IMG/VR virus record: IMGVR_UViG_3300008448_000001
Span: 140,795 to 204,794 of that record
Strand: one strand, 5' to 3'
Length of the DNA stretch: 64,000 nucleotides
How positions within the stretch are numbered: the stretch's first letter is position 1; every line of letters starts with the position of its first letter. The notes under the pieces are model-generated. The model did no database searches. It saw only the letters and a list, made by a program, of their open reading frames with translations, and was not told the origin of the DNA. The position numbers and the translations under genes are program-made. Positions 38,866-48,669 of this stretch are shown one piece after another.

Positions 38866-39254
38866 TCATCCATCCTGACGGAAAAATCGAGAGCCTGGAG
38901 AACGAAGTAACGCGGGCTCTCGGTTTGACGGATCGAAAGCGAGTCAGCCACGTCGAACCTGCAAACCGGTTTCTACGCTTTGTCTTCCGAACGATACGAA
39001 ACCGCGTCCGCGACGATTCGAAAATAGCTTGTTGGACCAGAACTTGGCGATGCCGCTGGCAAGCCAACATTTTTGACGGCCCCACGCTAGGGCCGTACGC
39101 TCGGCGGCAGGATGCAATTGCCGCTGAAATCGAATTCATTGAAGAACGACTACTTGGAGAAACACATGAGTTTAACGCCGTCGAATGCAACCATAACGCT
39201 AGAGGATCTGGTTGCCACAATCAAACTGCTGGAAAAGCTGAAGGAGGATTTTGA
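38856..39254 (+). CDS. conserved small protein of the DUF1257/DUF2997/AAA operon
   Basis: MRIIIHPDG...RVSHVEP...W.A...GPTLGPYARRQDAIAAE. Confidence 0.7.
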   Translation: MRIIIHPDGKIESLENEVTRALGLTDRKRVSHVEPANRFLRFVFRTIRNRVRDDSKIACWTRTWRCRWQANIFDGPTLGPYARRQDAIAAEIEFIEERLLGETHEFNAVECNHNARGSGCHNQTAGKAEGGF

Positions 39255-39660
39255 AAAGAAGAAGAAATTGAAGTTGCCTCCGCAAGCCGTAAGCGGCAAG
39301 ATCGTCCTCGGTGTCGACTATCATCTCGTCAAGGCCGAGCCCAGTTCCGCGTGCCCGCCATTCAAACTTGACCAACACCTCGCCCCGACAATTTTGCTTT
39401 ACGCGCAGTCGCTGGACAGCGGTAGTGCGCCTCGCGAGAGTCTCGCGTGGCTAAGTAATCTATTCGGTGACAGCGGTGTCATGGGTACACTGATAAAGGC
39501 AAGCCGGCCAGTACCCGTCAACCCGCTGATCGAAGCGCACTTCAAGGCGGAGGTCGAGAAGTGCAAGGTAAGCTTCCAGTCGAAAAGCGGCAAGCAACCG
39601 AAAGAAGGTAACACCACGGTGAGCGGAACCGTAGAGCTCCTTAGCGGTATTTGGAAATGA
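39166..39660 (+). CDS. hypothetical protein
   Basis: RBS GGAG before ATG 39166. Confidence 0.65.
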   Translation: MSLTPSNATITLEDLVATIKLLEKLKEDFEKKKKLKLPPQAVSGKIVLGVDYHLVKAEPSSACPPFKLDQHLAPTILLYAQSLDSGSAPRESLAWLSNLFGDSGVMGTLIKASRPVPVNPLIEAHFKAEVEKCKVSFQSKSGKQPKEGNTTVSGTVELLSGIWK

Positions 39661-39701
39661 CAGATCCAGCTAACGCTGGCACCAAAAAGAGGTAAGTAAA
39701 G

Positions 39702-39914
39702 ATGGAAGGTAGCGAATTGTGTTCCGGTATTAATTGTGGTTTTAGAGAACATTGCAAACGGTACCAGCCGAAAGCAAAAGGCCAAAAAGGATTAAAACCG
39801 CCGGGGTCGCTGCCTGCGTCTTGTTCGAACTTTGTACCAAGGACAAGTTACGGTAGCTGCTCACCTGGTGCTGGTGAGCAGCTCTTTTGTGAAAAGAAAA
39901 ATGGAAAATCTTAG
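39702..39914 (+). CDS. small Cys-rich protein
   Basis: RBS GAGGT; CSGINC...HCKRY...CSNF. Confidence 0.55.
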   Translation: MEGSELCSGINCGFREHCKRYQPKAKGQKGLKPPGSLPASCSNFVPRTSYGSCSPGAGEQLFCEKKNGKS

Positions 39915-40203
39915 TTTTGAGGCGTTTGCCACTCGGTACTGCGAGACACAGCAATCGACTCCGGAAAGCCTGGCAACAGTTCTCGAATCCCAGGTCAATA
40001 AGTTTCAGCCGGCAGGGTGGTTTTTGAGTCAATGCGAAGACATGTGCTCGTCTAAGCTTGGAAACCAGGTAATCCTTCCGTACGGCCCGGCCAACACTTT
40101 CAAGGAGATACCCGCGAGTAGGTTAGTTCGACCGCACGCTGGATCCGCCTGCACGTATTCCGTCGTGGCCAATTTATCCTTAGGAGAATTCAATGCAAGG
40201 TAA
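39901..40203 (+). CDS. hypothetical protein
   Basis: ATG 39901. Confidence 0.55.
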   Translation: MENLSFEAFATRYCETQQSTPESLATVLESQVNKFQPAGWFLSQCEDMCSSKLGNQVILPYGPANTFKEIPASRLVRPHAGSACTYSVVANLSLGEFNAR

Positions 40204-40417
40204 AGAACCTGTGCGACTGGAAGGCACGGTAAAGCGAATGACGCACAAAGCCATACTTGTGGCCTTGACGTCGCCAAAGGTCAAAGAGATCTGGATACCG
40301 TCGAGTCAGTTGAAAGACACGGACTGTCTGGCGGAAGGGGACGAGGGTTACTTCGTCATTCCAGGTTGGCTGGCTGAAAAGAACGACCTTTTGGAAGACG
40401 AGGAAGATGACGAGTGA
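40193..40417 (+). CDS. small acidic-tailed protein
   Basis: THKAILV...EIWIPSSQL...IPGWLAEK, a common phage small-protein motif. Confidence 0.7.
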   Translation: MQGKEPVRLEGTVKRMTHKAILVALTSPKVKEIWIPSSQLKDTDCLAEGDEGYFVIPGWLAEKNDLLEDEEDDE

Positions 40418-41316
40418 AACAGGGAAACACGAAACTTGGTAAATTGATTTGGCAATGGAGCTTAATCGCCGGCCTGGCGGCTATCTGTATTGGTGCTACG
40501 TCCGCCTGCCTGGAAGTTTGCTACGCTATGCGAAGCCACTACAGGTACAAAACGGTTCAAGACAGCCTCTACAAAAATTATGAGCTGTCGCTAACCGACT
40601 TTTTTGTCGGTTTCATACTAGGTTGTTTGTTTCTCTTCAAAATTCGGATCGCCCGCATACACGCCTCCGGAGATTTCTATAGTCCGGAGTATGTTGGAAA
40701 GTGGACGGAAATTGCGCAGCGTAGGCCTGACGTTACATTTTACGCCTACACTCGCAGCTGGCGAAACCGGGACGGCAGTTTAAACGAGCCGATGTTGCAA
40801 GCGTTCACCACTTTGGCTGCGTTACCAAACGTACGCCTGTGGTACTCTTGCGACAAGAACACCGGAGAACCGCCATTGACTTCGCATGTTATGCGATGCT
40901 ACCTGCAGGGCAACGACGAAGACATACCGAACTACGATGTCGATCTCTTTTTCCGAAATTCGCGAAAGAGTATCGTCAAACGGGTTAAGGGTAAGATAGT
41001 CTGCCCCGTGGAAAACGGTGCTACGTCGACAACATGTAGTGCTTGTAAGTTGTGTTACACTCCGGTCTTGTTACACCGGATAAACGCAAAAGTTGTCAAA
41101 AGTAACTCGGATATCGGTTCAAGCGGTTTAACCGATTCCGTCTTTTCAAGCGACCGCAAATATAAACAGAAATTTAAACAGGAAGAAACTGAGAATGAAA
41201 ACTGCATATCTGACAAACAACTATCGCGCAAATCGCCCAAGCCGAAAAGCCGTCGGAAATACGGAAAACCAAAGTCCGCGAAATCCAGGCGTCCGCGTCT
41301 ATTCGCTGGACGGTAA
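40414..41316 (+). CDS. phage gp88-like protein
   Basis: GNTKLG, CIGATSACLEVCYA, RIHASGDFYS, FYAYTRSW, C-terminal CSACKLC. Confidence 0.75.
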   Translation: MKQGNTKLGKLIWQWSLIAGLAAICIGATSACLEVCYAMRSHYRYKTVQDSLYKNYELSLTDFFVGFILGCLFLFKIRIARIHASGDFYSPEYVGKWTEIAQRRPDVTFYAYTRSWRNRDGSLNEPMLQAFTTLAALPNVRLWYSCDKNTGEPPLTSHVMRCYLQGNDEDIPNYDVDLFFRNSRKSIVKRVKGKIVCPVENGATSTTCSACKLCYTPVLLHRINAKVVKSNSDIGSSGLTDSVFSSDRKYKQKFKQEETENENCISDKQLSRKSPKPKSRRKYGKPKSAKSRRPRLFAGR

Positions 41317-41722
41317 GCTGATTGCCGTTTACGGCCAGGCTAACCACTGGTGGGCGGAAGAGGTTCGCGCAAAGTACTACGACGAGAACGGTAGACTCGG
41401 CACAATGGCCGAGGCTGAGCTCGCACGCTGGAAGTACATGGCAGAACTTGTTGACCTACCTCGTCGTACGCCTTTAAACGAGGCCGAGCCGCAAGATTCG
41501 CAAATACCCTACGCTATTCGACTACTCTGGGGCATCCGCAACTCCGACGATTTGAAAGTAGCCCTCTCGAGTCATCGTTGCGGACAGTGCGAAGATTGCC
41601 GAAAATTCGGCGACACGGGTAGCAACTGCGAAGACCGTAAACTTCTACGGGCGGTAGCGATCGAGCACGGCTTCAAGCCCGCAGGTGTCCGTGCTCGACC
41701 CAAGTCGCTCATTCGACGCTAG
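41195..41722 (+). CDS. hypothetical protein with Cys cluster
   Basis: HRCGQCEDC; stop overlaps the convergent gene (CTAG). Confidence 0.6.
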   Translation: MKTAYLTNNYRANRPSRKAVGNTENQSPRNPGVRVYSLDGKLIAVYGQANHWWAEEVRAKYYDENGRLGTMAEAELARWKYMAELVDLPRRTPLNEAEPQDSQIPYAIRLLWGIRNSDDLKVALSSHRCGQCEDCRKFGDTGSNCEDRKLLRAVAIEHGFKPAGVRARPKSLIRR

Positions 41723-42882
41723 TAAGCGGCGGCTGCTTTCTCTAAATCCACATCCGCCAAAGGGCTGCTTGCGACTTTCGACCGGGCGGGAAACTGCCCG
41801 GCGGATTTCAAAAGCTTTTCAAGCAGTTCTGCGTCTGGTTTGGGTAACGTGTGAGCGATAGCCGCCAGTTTTTCTGGATCAACTTCCAAGCCGACACATG
41901 ACTCTTTTGCGAATTCATCGCCCATGAATTCCACGAGGTCTTGCCTTGCCAGTTTTGCAAGTTGATCCTTCCCGTAAACGTTTCCTGTCTGCAGTTCGCA
42001 CATTTCGTCGCAAGCTGCAGCCGCTTTGGAGAATGAAACCGCGAAAACGATATCCTCTGGCCGAGGTATTGATTCCGTGTACTTTCCTTTTAACCCGATG
42101 GCGTAATCCATCTCGTCGATAGTTGCCGCGAGCTTTAACGCTGTGTCTCGGTCGAGAAACAACTCGGGCCGCTCGTTGATTACCTCGGCTAACTTCTCAA
42201 TGCGGTCACGGTGCGTTCCGTTCTTGGCGAGCATCGCGCGTGCGTACAAGGCGCTCTGCACTTTCGGCAGATCCGGAAGACCGTAACCGGCTTGCTTTTC
42301 AAGTCGGTCCGCTATGGCATTCCCAAGAGCGACTCCGCAAGCCGCAGCTTTAGTCAGAATCTTTCCCGCCACGATGCAACGATCTTCAAAAATAAAATTG
42401 TCCTTATTTTCATCGAGCCAGGCTGCTGCGGCTTTGATCTCGTCCGCATCGGTCAGCGGGTAATGTCTTTCAACAATGAAGTCCTTCCCCTGCTTTGTTT
42501 TGTAAACGTATGCGTAGTCGCTGTCGTCCAGCGACGGCAACGCAACTTCTTTGCTGAGAACTTTGTCGCAATCGGCTTTAACTCCGTGGTAAGCAGCCGC
42601 CTTTTTCAGGTTTTCTTCGATCCTTTTCTGCTCCTTGGAACTGAACGAAGCACGCTTAAACTGAAAATAAGCCGAGGAAAGCCAAGTTGCAGCCGCCGTA
42701 TGACAAGGGTACCTTAAACTATGTGGGTAATCCGCATACGCAGTTTTCGCTATGTATGCAGTGTTCGCCACCGTGTCCATTTCTGCTGCCTTGACGAAGT
42801 CCGGAAGTTCGAAAGTCTCTGCGACCTTGATCAAGCCAGATTTGTTTTTATCGTTGGTCGGGTCAAGTACAGGGTAAGTCAT
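41719..42882 (-). CDS. KxA-motif-rich protein, probable head/morphogenesis protein
   Basis: RBS GAGGAG 9 nt before ATG 42882; about 16 K-x-A motifs. Confidence 0.7.
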   Translation of the reverse strand: MTYPVLDPTNDKNKSGLIKVAETFELPDFVKAAEMDTVANTAYIAKTAYADYPHSLRYPCHTAAATWLSSAYFQFKRASFSSKEQKRIEENLKKAAAYHGVKADCDKVLSKEVALPSLDDSDYAYVYKTKQGKDFIVERHYPLTDADEIKAAAAWLDENKDNFIFEDRCIVAGKILTKAAACGVALGNAIADRLEKQAGYGLPDLPKVQSALYARAMLAKNGTHRDRIEKLAEVINERPELFLDRDTALKLAATIDEMDYAIGLKGKYTESIPRPEDIVFAVSFSKAAAACDEMCELQTGNVYGKDQLAKLARQDLVEFMGDEFAKESCVGLEVDPEKLAAIAHTLPKPDAELLEKLLKSAGQFPARSKVASSPLADVDLEKAAAAY

Positions 42883-42883
42883 C

Positions 42884-45118
42884 GTGTCTAGTCTCCTCGA
42901 CATTCACTCCAGTTTAACGTATTCCGTGATAGCCCCCTACATAGGGCTAGAGCCTTTTGACATATACACGGCTGCGGGAAAGTGCCCGTATTGCGGTGAA
43001 AACGCTTGGAACATATACCAAGATAGCAGATATCTGGAAGAATCGCACTACTGTTCTGACTGCAAAAAAGCCGGGACCGTGCTGAGTCTTGCGGCTTCTC
43101 GGCTTAAAATGTCTCAAGTTGAGACGATCAAGTATTTGTACACCAAGCTTGAGTACCGGGTACCCGAAAAGTTTGTAGTGGATTTTGATCGGGTGCAGAA
43201 CCGGCAAGAACGCGTTAACCACATCTGGCACACCGCGCAAAACGAGATGATGAAGCCGACTGCACCAGGGATGGAGCTCCTGCATTATTACGGTTTGCGA
43301 CCAGATCGCATGAGCCGTGAACGCTTTTTAGCCGGTCCCGGTTCGCTTTTCGGAACGATAACCGGTAGCGAGATCCGGAAACTTTTCCTCGAGCCGCAAT
43401 TTAGAACACACAAACGCGCAATACTTGTCGTCCCTTGCTACAGGAACCCGAAAGACATCGGCTACGTGACGCTCACCACGCAAGACGGCGAGATCGCACC
43501 GGGCGTCAAACTGTGCATCAGCGACATTGCCTTCTCGGGGCTTCAGCTTCTGCACCGTTTCCAGGCTCCTTTCGTAATCGTCACGTCGATGATGACGAAT
43601 TATTTGCAGCTGCAAAACATGAATTTTACGACAAGCGACGTGCCTTTACCGCTTTTTGGCTGGACAAAACCGGCAAGGTCTTTTTGTAAGTCACAATGGT
43701 GCATCGCTGAAGGTAAGTTACCTATCTTTTGGGAAAAGTACCCTACTCCCATAATTCTGCACCAGGCGATGATGCTCGGCGCCAAATTGTCTTTTGTGGG
43801 ACCGGAACAGCTTCGGAGGCAGAACGGGCAAGCGTCACGCGAGAATTGGAACAGTTGGCTTCGGCACGACCCGCCAGCGGAGATAGTTCGACGAATCGCC
43901 AGCAACGCCAAGCCCTATGAAAAAGCCTTGTCGGATTGGCTGAAAACCGCATCGCACGACAAAAAAGCCCAGCTGATGGCCGACTGTGACAACTACGGCG
44001 AAAGCGTTTCGAAGTTAGTCCGGTCGCACCTGGATCCAAACTTCAAATCCTCTTTCTCTCGTCGTGTGAATGTTCCAACGCGACACGGTGCCGGTAACCG
44101 GTTTACGCACGGACACACTGTCGTCATCGAGCGAGACGGTAAGTGGTTCAACCTGCAGAATGTCGTCAAGTTTCCAGGGACGCTTCGCGTAAGTCACGTG
44201 GTGGTGCGACCTGACGGCGAAAAAGAACACGTTGGCGTTTTTAGAATAAACGGGAGTGAAATACCTTTTCGCGTCGAGGAAAGGAAGGGCTCGCTTCGCT
44301 ATTTTGTTGAGCTGGCGCTTTCCAACGAGATACCCGTTTTTTTACCGCACGAAGCCCCGTTATGGACAACTAAAGCTTGCGAAAGCTTCGAACCGTTGGC
44401 GGTGGCTTGCCGCATCGAAGAACCGCAAATCGTGAAAGGACTGGAACGCATCGGGTGGGATCCGGAGGGCTTTCAGTTGTACGGAACAAAGGTCGTTAAG
44501 GGCGTCTTCAAGACAACGGCACCTTACACCTTCTCCGATGCAGTACCCGGTCCGCGACAGAGTTACTGCAAGCTGACAGAGGACGTGCAGGAATCACTGC
44601 AGAAGTCGGGCCCTGAGATGGAAATAGTCTGGGCGACAGCCATGGCTGTTTGTGCACAGATAACGGCCAGCGTTGGCAAGAAAACTCCGCACGGCGTAGC
44701 AATTACGCGAACGGAATACGACTCGTTTCTGCACCAGCTATTCGTCCGCTTTGACCTGCGAGAAGGGCCCGCGGGTCTGTGGAAACACCATTGGCCGCGT
44801 AAAGTGGAGAAGTTGAGCGTAGCTGTTAAAAAGTGTGCCGACAACTATTTTGTGGCTTTTAACGACAAGCCCGGGGCGTCGGAAGTTGTCGAGGTGGCTG
44901 CAGAAGACGAGAACCTTGAGGCTCGCCTGTTGTCGCACAGTGCGGACAAGATAGCGATGAATTACTTGAAGCACTTTACCCGGCAAGAACCGCCTAAGGG
45001 GGTTCGACTGTACAAAGGGTGGTTGGAACTTACTCGCAAGCTTTTCGGCGAATTGTTTGACTTTGTACCTGCTGAGATGCTAGACAGAGCCTATCGTAGG
45101 CTAAAAGTGAACTCCTAG
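42884..45118 (+). CDS. primase-like protein with N-terminal zinc finger
   Basis: CPYC...YCSDCKKAGTVLSLA...ETIKYL resembles the CHC2 zinc-binding domain; rest divergent. Confidence 0.55.
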   Translation: MSSLLDIHSSLTYSVIAPYIGLEPFDIYTAAGKCPYCGENAWNIYQDSRYLEESHYCSDCKKAGTVLSLAASRLKMSQVETIKYLYTKLEYRVPEKFVVDFDRVQNRQERVNHIWHTAQNEMMKPTAPGMELLHYYGLRPDRMSRERFLAGPGSLFGTITGSEIRKLFLEPQFRTHKRAILVVPCYRNPKDIGYVTLTTQDGEIAPGVKLCISDIAFSGLQLLHRFQAPFVIVTSMMTNYLQLQNMNFTTSDVPLPLFGWTKPARSFCKSQWCIAEGKLPIFWEKYPTPIILHQAMMLGAKLSFVGPEQLRRQNGQASRENWNSWLRHDPPAEIVRRIASNAKPYEKALSDWLKTASHDKKAQLMADCDNYGESVSKLVRSHLDPNFKSSFSRRVNVPTRHGAGNRFTHGHTVVIERDGKWFNLQNVVKFPGTLRVSHVVVRPDGEKEHVGVFRINGSEIPFRVEERKGSLRYFVELALSNEIPVFLPHEAPLWTTKACESFEPLAVACRIEEPQIVKGLERIGWDPEGFQLYGTKVVKGVFKTTAPYTFSDAVPGPRQSYCKLTEDVQESLQKSGPEMEIVWATAMAVCAQITASVGKKTPHGVAITRTEYDSFLHQLFVRFDLREGPAGLWKHHWPRKVEKLSVAVKKCADNYFVAFNDKPGASEVVEVAAEDENLEARLLSHSADKIAMNYLKHFTRQEPPKGVRLYKGWLELTRKLFGELFDFVPAEMLDRAYRRLKVNS

Positions 45119-45156
45119 TCGCGTGAAAATTCGATAAGCCGCAAGCGAGGATATCG

Positions 45157-47124
45157 CTAGTACCAGTCCATGTCGCGAACACCCTGTGTCGAAGCTACCA
45201 CGTCCTCGCTTAGTGTTATGTCCTTGTAGGCAGAAAGGTCCGGAAATCTTCCGGCCATTTGGAACAGCATCATGGAACCCATCGTGACGGCTTGCGCGAA
45301 ATCGTCGGGACCGGCAGGGTCTCGCAGAATCTTATAAGTGTCACGACCGGAAGCCGACTCGCTTTTGTCTTCTATGAGGTTCAAAAAGTCGTGAAGCAAT
45401 CCGACGTCGTCCGAACCACGGTAATCGTATTCAAAGAACCGCAACACCCCGCTTTTCACGAACTGGCAGCAGTAGTTTAACGCTCTGTTACGGTCCATCG
45501 CATAATGCGCACGCGGATGCTTTCCGGTTGCAGGCTTGAAAATGATCAAACCACCCTTAGCCGGGCCAGTGTATGCCACGGGCAAAATACGATCACGGGG
45601 TAACCCTTCTTGGACAAGCAGTGTCTCGCGGACGGTACCTGCCCCAGTGTAATCGTGCACGACGTGCGAGCAGCGGAAGGCCGACATGATGTTCAGGATC
45701 AAGCGAGCCTCCCTCTCGTGTTCGTGCGGATGCAAGCTGCGGTAACCGTAGATAATGTCAACCCGCCCGTCCGGGCAAAGTCCGCACACGGCTATCGAGG
45801 TGTAAGACTGCAGAGCAAGGTCGCTCTTACCGTTGCTTACGCCGCCTCCGCCCCAGTCGACCGAAACAAAACGATACAGGTAGCTGTCGATGTTCGTCTT
45901 CGCCGTTTCAAGTGAGTTTCTCCAAGGTAAGCAGGCGGCACGCTTGAGGTCTGTGATGGTGACAAGTTTACTGCCACTGTCCCACGACTCGCCGCACACC
46001 TCGTTGTAAAAAACGTGAATCGGCGTGTTTCCTTTACCGTCCCGCTTGTCGACCAGCGTTTGCCACTTTTCGCGGTTCGCGTAGTGCATAGGCATGATGA
46101 TCTGCGGCACGTGGTAGCCTGCAAAACTCCAGCGTTTGTCACCGTAGCGATGCAACCATCGACCCGTTCCACCTTGATAGGCAGGCCTAGGATTTATAGG
46201 TTTTGTGCACTTAGCACAGCTGACTCCCGGAGCCGTTTCGCTGATATCATCCCGGACGGGCCCTATCATTTTGAGTAAGTCATACTCGAGCGAAGGTATG
46301 TTCCAGTGGCCGCAACCTCCGTGCGGACACTTTATAATCCACTCGGCCATGGAGCTATCGATCCAAAGTCTTTCGATCGTGTTGTCAAGCGTCTTTGGAG
46401 TTCCCGCGTACTGCTTGATACCCCAGCTACGCGAAGCCGAAATGGTTTCGTGGATGATCGGTAAAAACGAAATATCCATGTCCTGGATTTCATCGATACA
46501 ATTCTTGTCGGCGGAGATACCACGTGTTCTTTCCGCGTCGAGGTACGCGAAAGAGAAAAGCATTTGCGACCGGTTTTTAAACGATCGTTGCAGCACGTTG
46601 TTCACCGTTTTCTCATCGGTGAACAACTTGCCGACGGGGCTGGTTTCAATGAAAGGGGCGACGTAGTTCTGCGAAAAACGCCGAATCATTTCGAACAACG
46701 GCGTAAGGAAAAGCGTGCTAAAATACGGAATACAGTTTGAGAAGAGGACGCCTTGTGCTGCCAGCGACGTGCTTTTAGACACTTGTCGCCCGGTCTTCAG
46801 CAGCGTTGTCCTTGCCATTCTAGTCCTAAAGAAAGGAGCGAAAGGAAAGTGATCGTGTAAATGATAAGGCTTGCCACGGATGGAAAGCAGCAGCGGCAGC
46901 AACGGCTGAAGCGTCGGATAACCTGACGACCTGAGCATAAAAGCTGCCAAGTGAAGTCTACGATCCAGCTGGTTTTTTAACGCTGGCGATTTGTAGCCCA
47001 TTTCCTGGGCGACAGCGGTCAGCCTGTTTTCGCTGATTATGTACGGGTCGTGTGCCTGTTCTTCCGCCAAAACCTGGCTGGAAGTTTTTCTGGCGTTTTT
47101 GATTTGATCGTAGGAGGATGTCAT
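45157..47124 (-). CDS. terL: terminase large subunit (gpA-like)
   Basis: LKTGRQVSKST Walker A, NCIDEIQD Walker B, AGTPKT, CPHGGC/CAKC zinc finger, VSVDWG nuclease Asp, GPDDFAQA; start uncertain (frame open to 47352). Confidence 0.9.
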   Translation of the reverse strand: MTSSYDQIKNARKTSSQVLAEEQAHDPYIISENRLTAVAQEMGYKSPALKNQLDRRLHLAAFMLRSSGYPTLQPLLPLLLSIRGKPYHLHDHFPFAPFFRTRMARTTLLKTGRQVSKSTSLAAQGVLFSNCIPYFSTLFLTPLFEMIRRFSQNYVAPFIETSPVGKLFTDEKTVNNVLQRSFKNRSQMLFSFAYLDAERTRGISADKNCIDEIQDMDISFLPIIHETISASRSWGIKQYAGTPKTLDNTIERLWIDSSMAEWIIKCPHGGCGHWNIPSLEYDLLKMIGPVRDDISETAPGVSCAKCTKPINPRPAYQGGTGRWLHRYGDKRWSFAGYHVPQIIMPMHYANREKWQTLVDKRDGKGNTPIHVFYNEVCGESWDSGSKLVTITDLKRAACLPWRNSLETAKTNIDSYLYRFVSVDWGGGGVSNGKSDLALQSYTSIAVCGLCPDGRVDIIYGYRSLHPHEHEREARLILNIMSAFRCSHVVHDYTGAGTVRETLLVQEGLPRDRILPVAYTGPAKGGLIIFKPATGKHPRAHYAMDRNRALNYCCQFVKSGVLRFFEYDYRGSDDVGLLHDFLNLIEDKSESASGRDTYKILRDPAGPDDFAQAVTMGSMMLFQMAGRFPDLSAYKDITLSEDVVASTQGVRDMDWY

Positions 47125-47125
47125 C

Positions 47126-47290
47126 TTGAAGTTAAGCGATACTGTGTTTGACTTACTGTCTCTCACAGCCAAGAGTATAATCGGAGTAGCGGCCCTAACC
47201 GCCAAGTTGGTGATTCTCATTGGCGGCGGCTTATTAGCTGTCGTGATGGGAATCAATGATATGGTTTTCAGTTCGACGGACAAAGAGTAA
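47126..47290 (+). CDS. small membrane protein (54 aa, not in ORF track)
   Basis: AGGAGG RBS before TTG; hydrophobic IIGVAALTAKLVILIGGGLLAVVMGI. Confidence 0.5.
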   Translation: MKLSDTVFDLLSLTAKSIIGVAALTAKLVILIGGGLLAVVMGINDMVFSSTDKE

Positions 47291-47530
47291 CTAGCAGCGG
47301 GGGAGGCCACATGCCTACCAGAAGTTCTTTCGCCTACAGCCGGAGAAAACAATTGCGACCGCTAAATTGGCCGTCGTCTAGATTGGCTCCAAAACAGTTG
47401 CTGATCAATCAAACCGAGGTCCCGAGCGGTAAACCCTTGGAGGAATTGATAGCAGGCGAAGGGGCGCCCCCCTCTGATCGAGTTAGCCTAAACAGTTGGT
47501 CTCCTCCGATCCCTTCGGAGGAAGATGGTA

Positions 47531-47665
47531 ATGGATAAAACGATAGCGGTTTGGTTTCTCGGTTTACTGTGCACCGGTTGCTACCTGTGTGCTACGGGTG
47601 ACATCGGTCTAGGCATCATGGCCTTTTTGATGCTTTTCGGTTCGTTAAAAATAGTAAACGGGTAA
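47531..47665 (+). CDS. small two-TM membrane protein (44 aa)
   Basis: MDKTIAVWFLGLLCTGCYLCATGDIGLGIMAFLMLFG. Confidence 0.5.
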   Translation: MDKTIAVWFLGLLCTGCYLCATGDIGLGIMAFLMLFGSLKIVNG

Positions 47666-47669
47666 ACCC

Positions 47670-48017
47670 ATGGAATTGATTGTTGCAGCCTTGGCTACGT
47701 GGCAAATAATAGAGATATGGCATCACTCCTTGCTGTTCGCCGGAAGGCGGGCCGTCGTGGAGACTTGGACAGGCAAACTGGGGGAACTCCTAGTTTGTTG
47801 TTTTTGCTTATCTCCCTGGGTCGCACTTTTGTGCGTCCTTATCTTGCAAAGTCAAGGCACCGGGTTGGTCGTTTGGTTCGCTAAAGCCGTAATTATGGCT
47901 TTAGCTGCAGCCAGACTGGCCAACCTGGGCAACGATTATTTCTACACCGTCTGTCGTACTCCCAAATTTAGTCTCGACGACTTGAACCTCGAAGAAGAAA
48001 GTGAAAAGGATGAGTGA
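47670..48017 (+). CDS. DUF1360-like membrane protein
   Basis: ALATWQI...LGELLVCCFCLSPWVA motif plus TM segments. Confidence 0.65.
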   Translation: MELIVAALATWQIIEIWHHSLLFAGRRAVVETWTGKLGELLVCCFCLSPWVALLCVLILQSQGTGLVVWFAKAVIMALAAARLANLGNDYFYTVCRTPKFSLDDLNLEEESEKDE

Positions 48018-48351
48018 AAACAAAGAAACGGAAGCGCAGTCACATCATAAGGCCACGCTAACAAGAAATTTTCAAATGCAATCGGCAATGGCTGCCGCGG
48101 CGATGCTTGGTTACGGCGGCGGACTTATGCACAGCGTTGGATCGCCTAGCGAACCGGAAACGCCTGCTCGTCCGTGCGTAAACTGCGGCAAAGAAAAGCG
48201 GCACAACAACGCATACTGCAGCAGTGATTGCTGTCGCGAGCACAAGGCCAAGAAGAATCTCAGGTTTGCGTTGGCTTACGGCGGCGGTAAAACCGACTTT
48301 TACGTTGCCGACGCGGACCGAACCGACCTGTACGATAGCCCGAGAAAGTAG
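48010..48351 (+). CDS. zinc-ribbon protein
   Basis: CVNCG...YCSSDC. Confidence 0.6.
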   Translation: MSENKETEAQSHHKATLTRNFQMQSAMAAAAMLGYGGGLMHSVGSPSEPETPARPCVNCGKEKRHNNAYCSSDCCREHKAKKNLRFALAYGGGKTDFYVADADRTDLYDSPRK

Positions 48352-48360
48352 CGTGGCGAA

Positions 48361-48669
48361 ATGGCTGCTGAAAACAACTACTACGTTCATCCGCAAGAAA
48401 CATGGGGCAAAGCAGAGTGCGAAAAACGGGCTAAACACTACGCCCGCGATGGTCTCGGGACTAAATACCCGTTTCCAGGTTATTTGGGTTCCTCTGCTTC
48501 CGTTTGCTCGCAATTTGGACGCACACGTTACAACGGCGGTTGCGTCATAGACGGGGAATGGTATGTGGGCAAGGAAATACCTTTTCCAGCGATTCACGAG
48601 GATTACGAGATAGTCGTTGTCCGCACGTGGGGTTGGCGGATTAGAAAGAAAGAAAAAAACAATGCCTAG
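48361..48669 (+). CDS. hypothetical protein
   Basis: 102 aa, in operon. Confidence 0.55.
   Translation: MAAENNYYVHPQETWGKAECEKRAKHYARDGLGTKYPFPGYLGSSASVCSQFGRTRYNGGCVIDGEWYVGKEIPFPAIHEDYEIVVVRTWGWRIRKKEKNNA

Noticed and set aside
47125-47352. N-terminal extension of terminase in the ORF track
   Set aside because: It overlaps a + strand ORF with a perfect RBS and is not terminase-like; probably not translated
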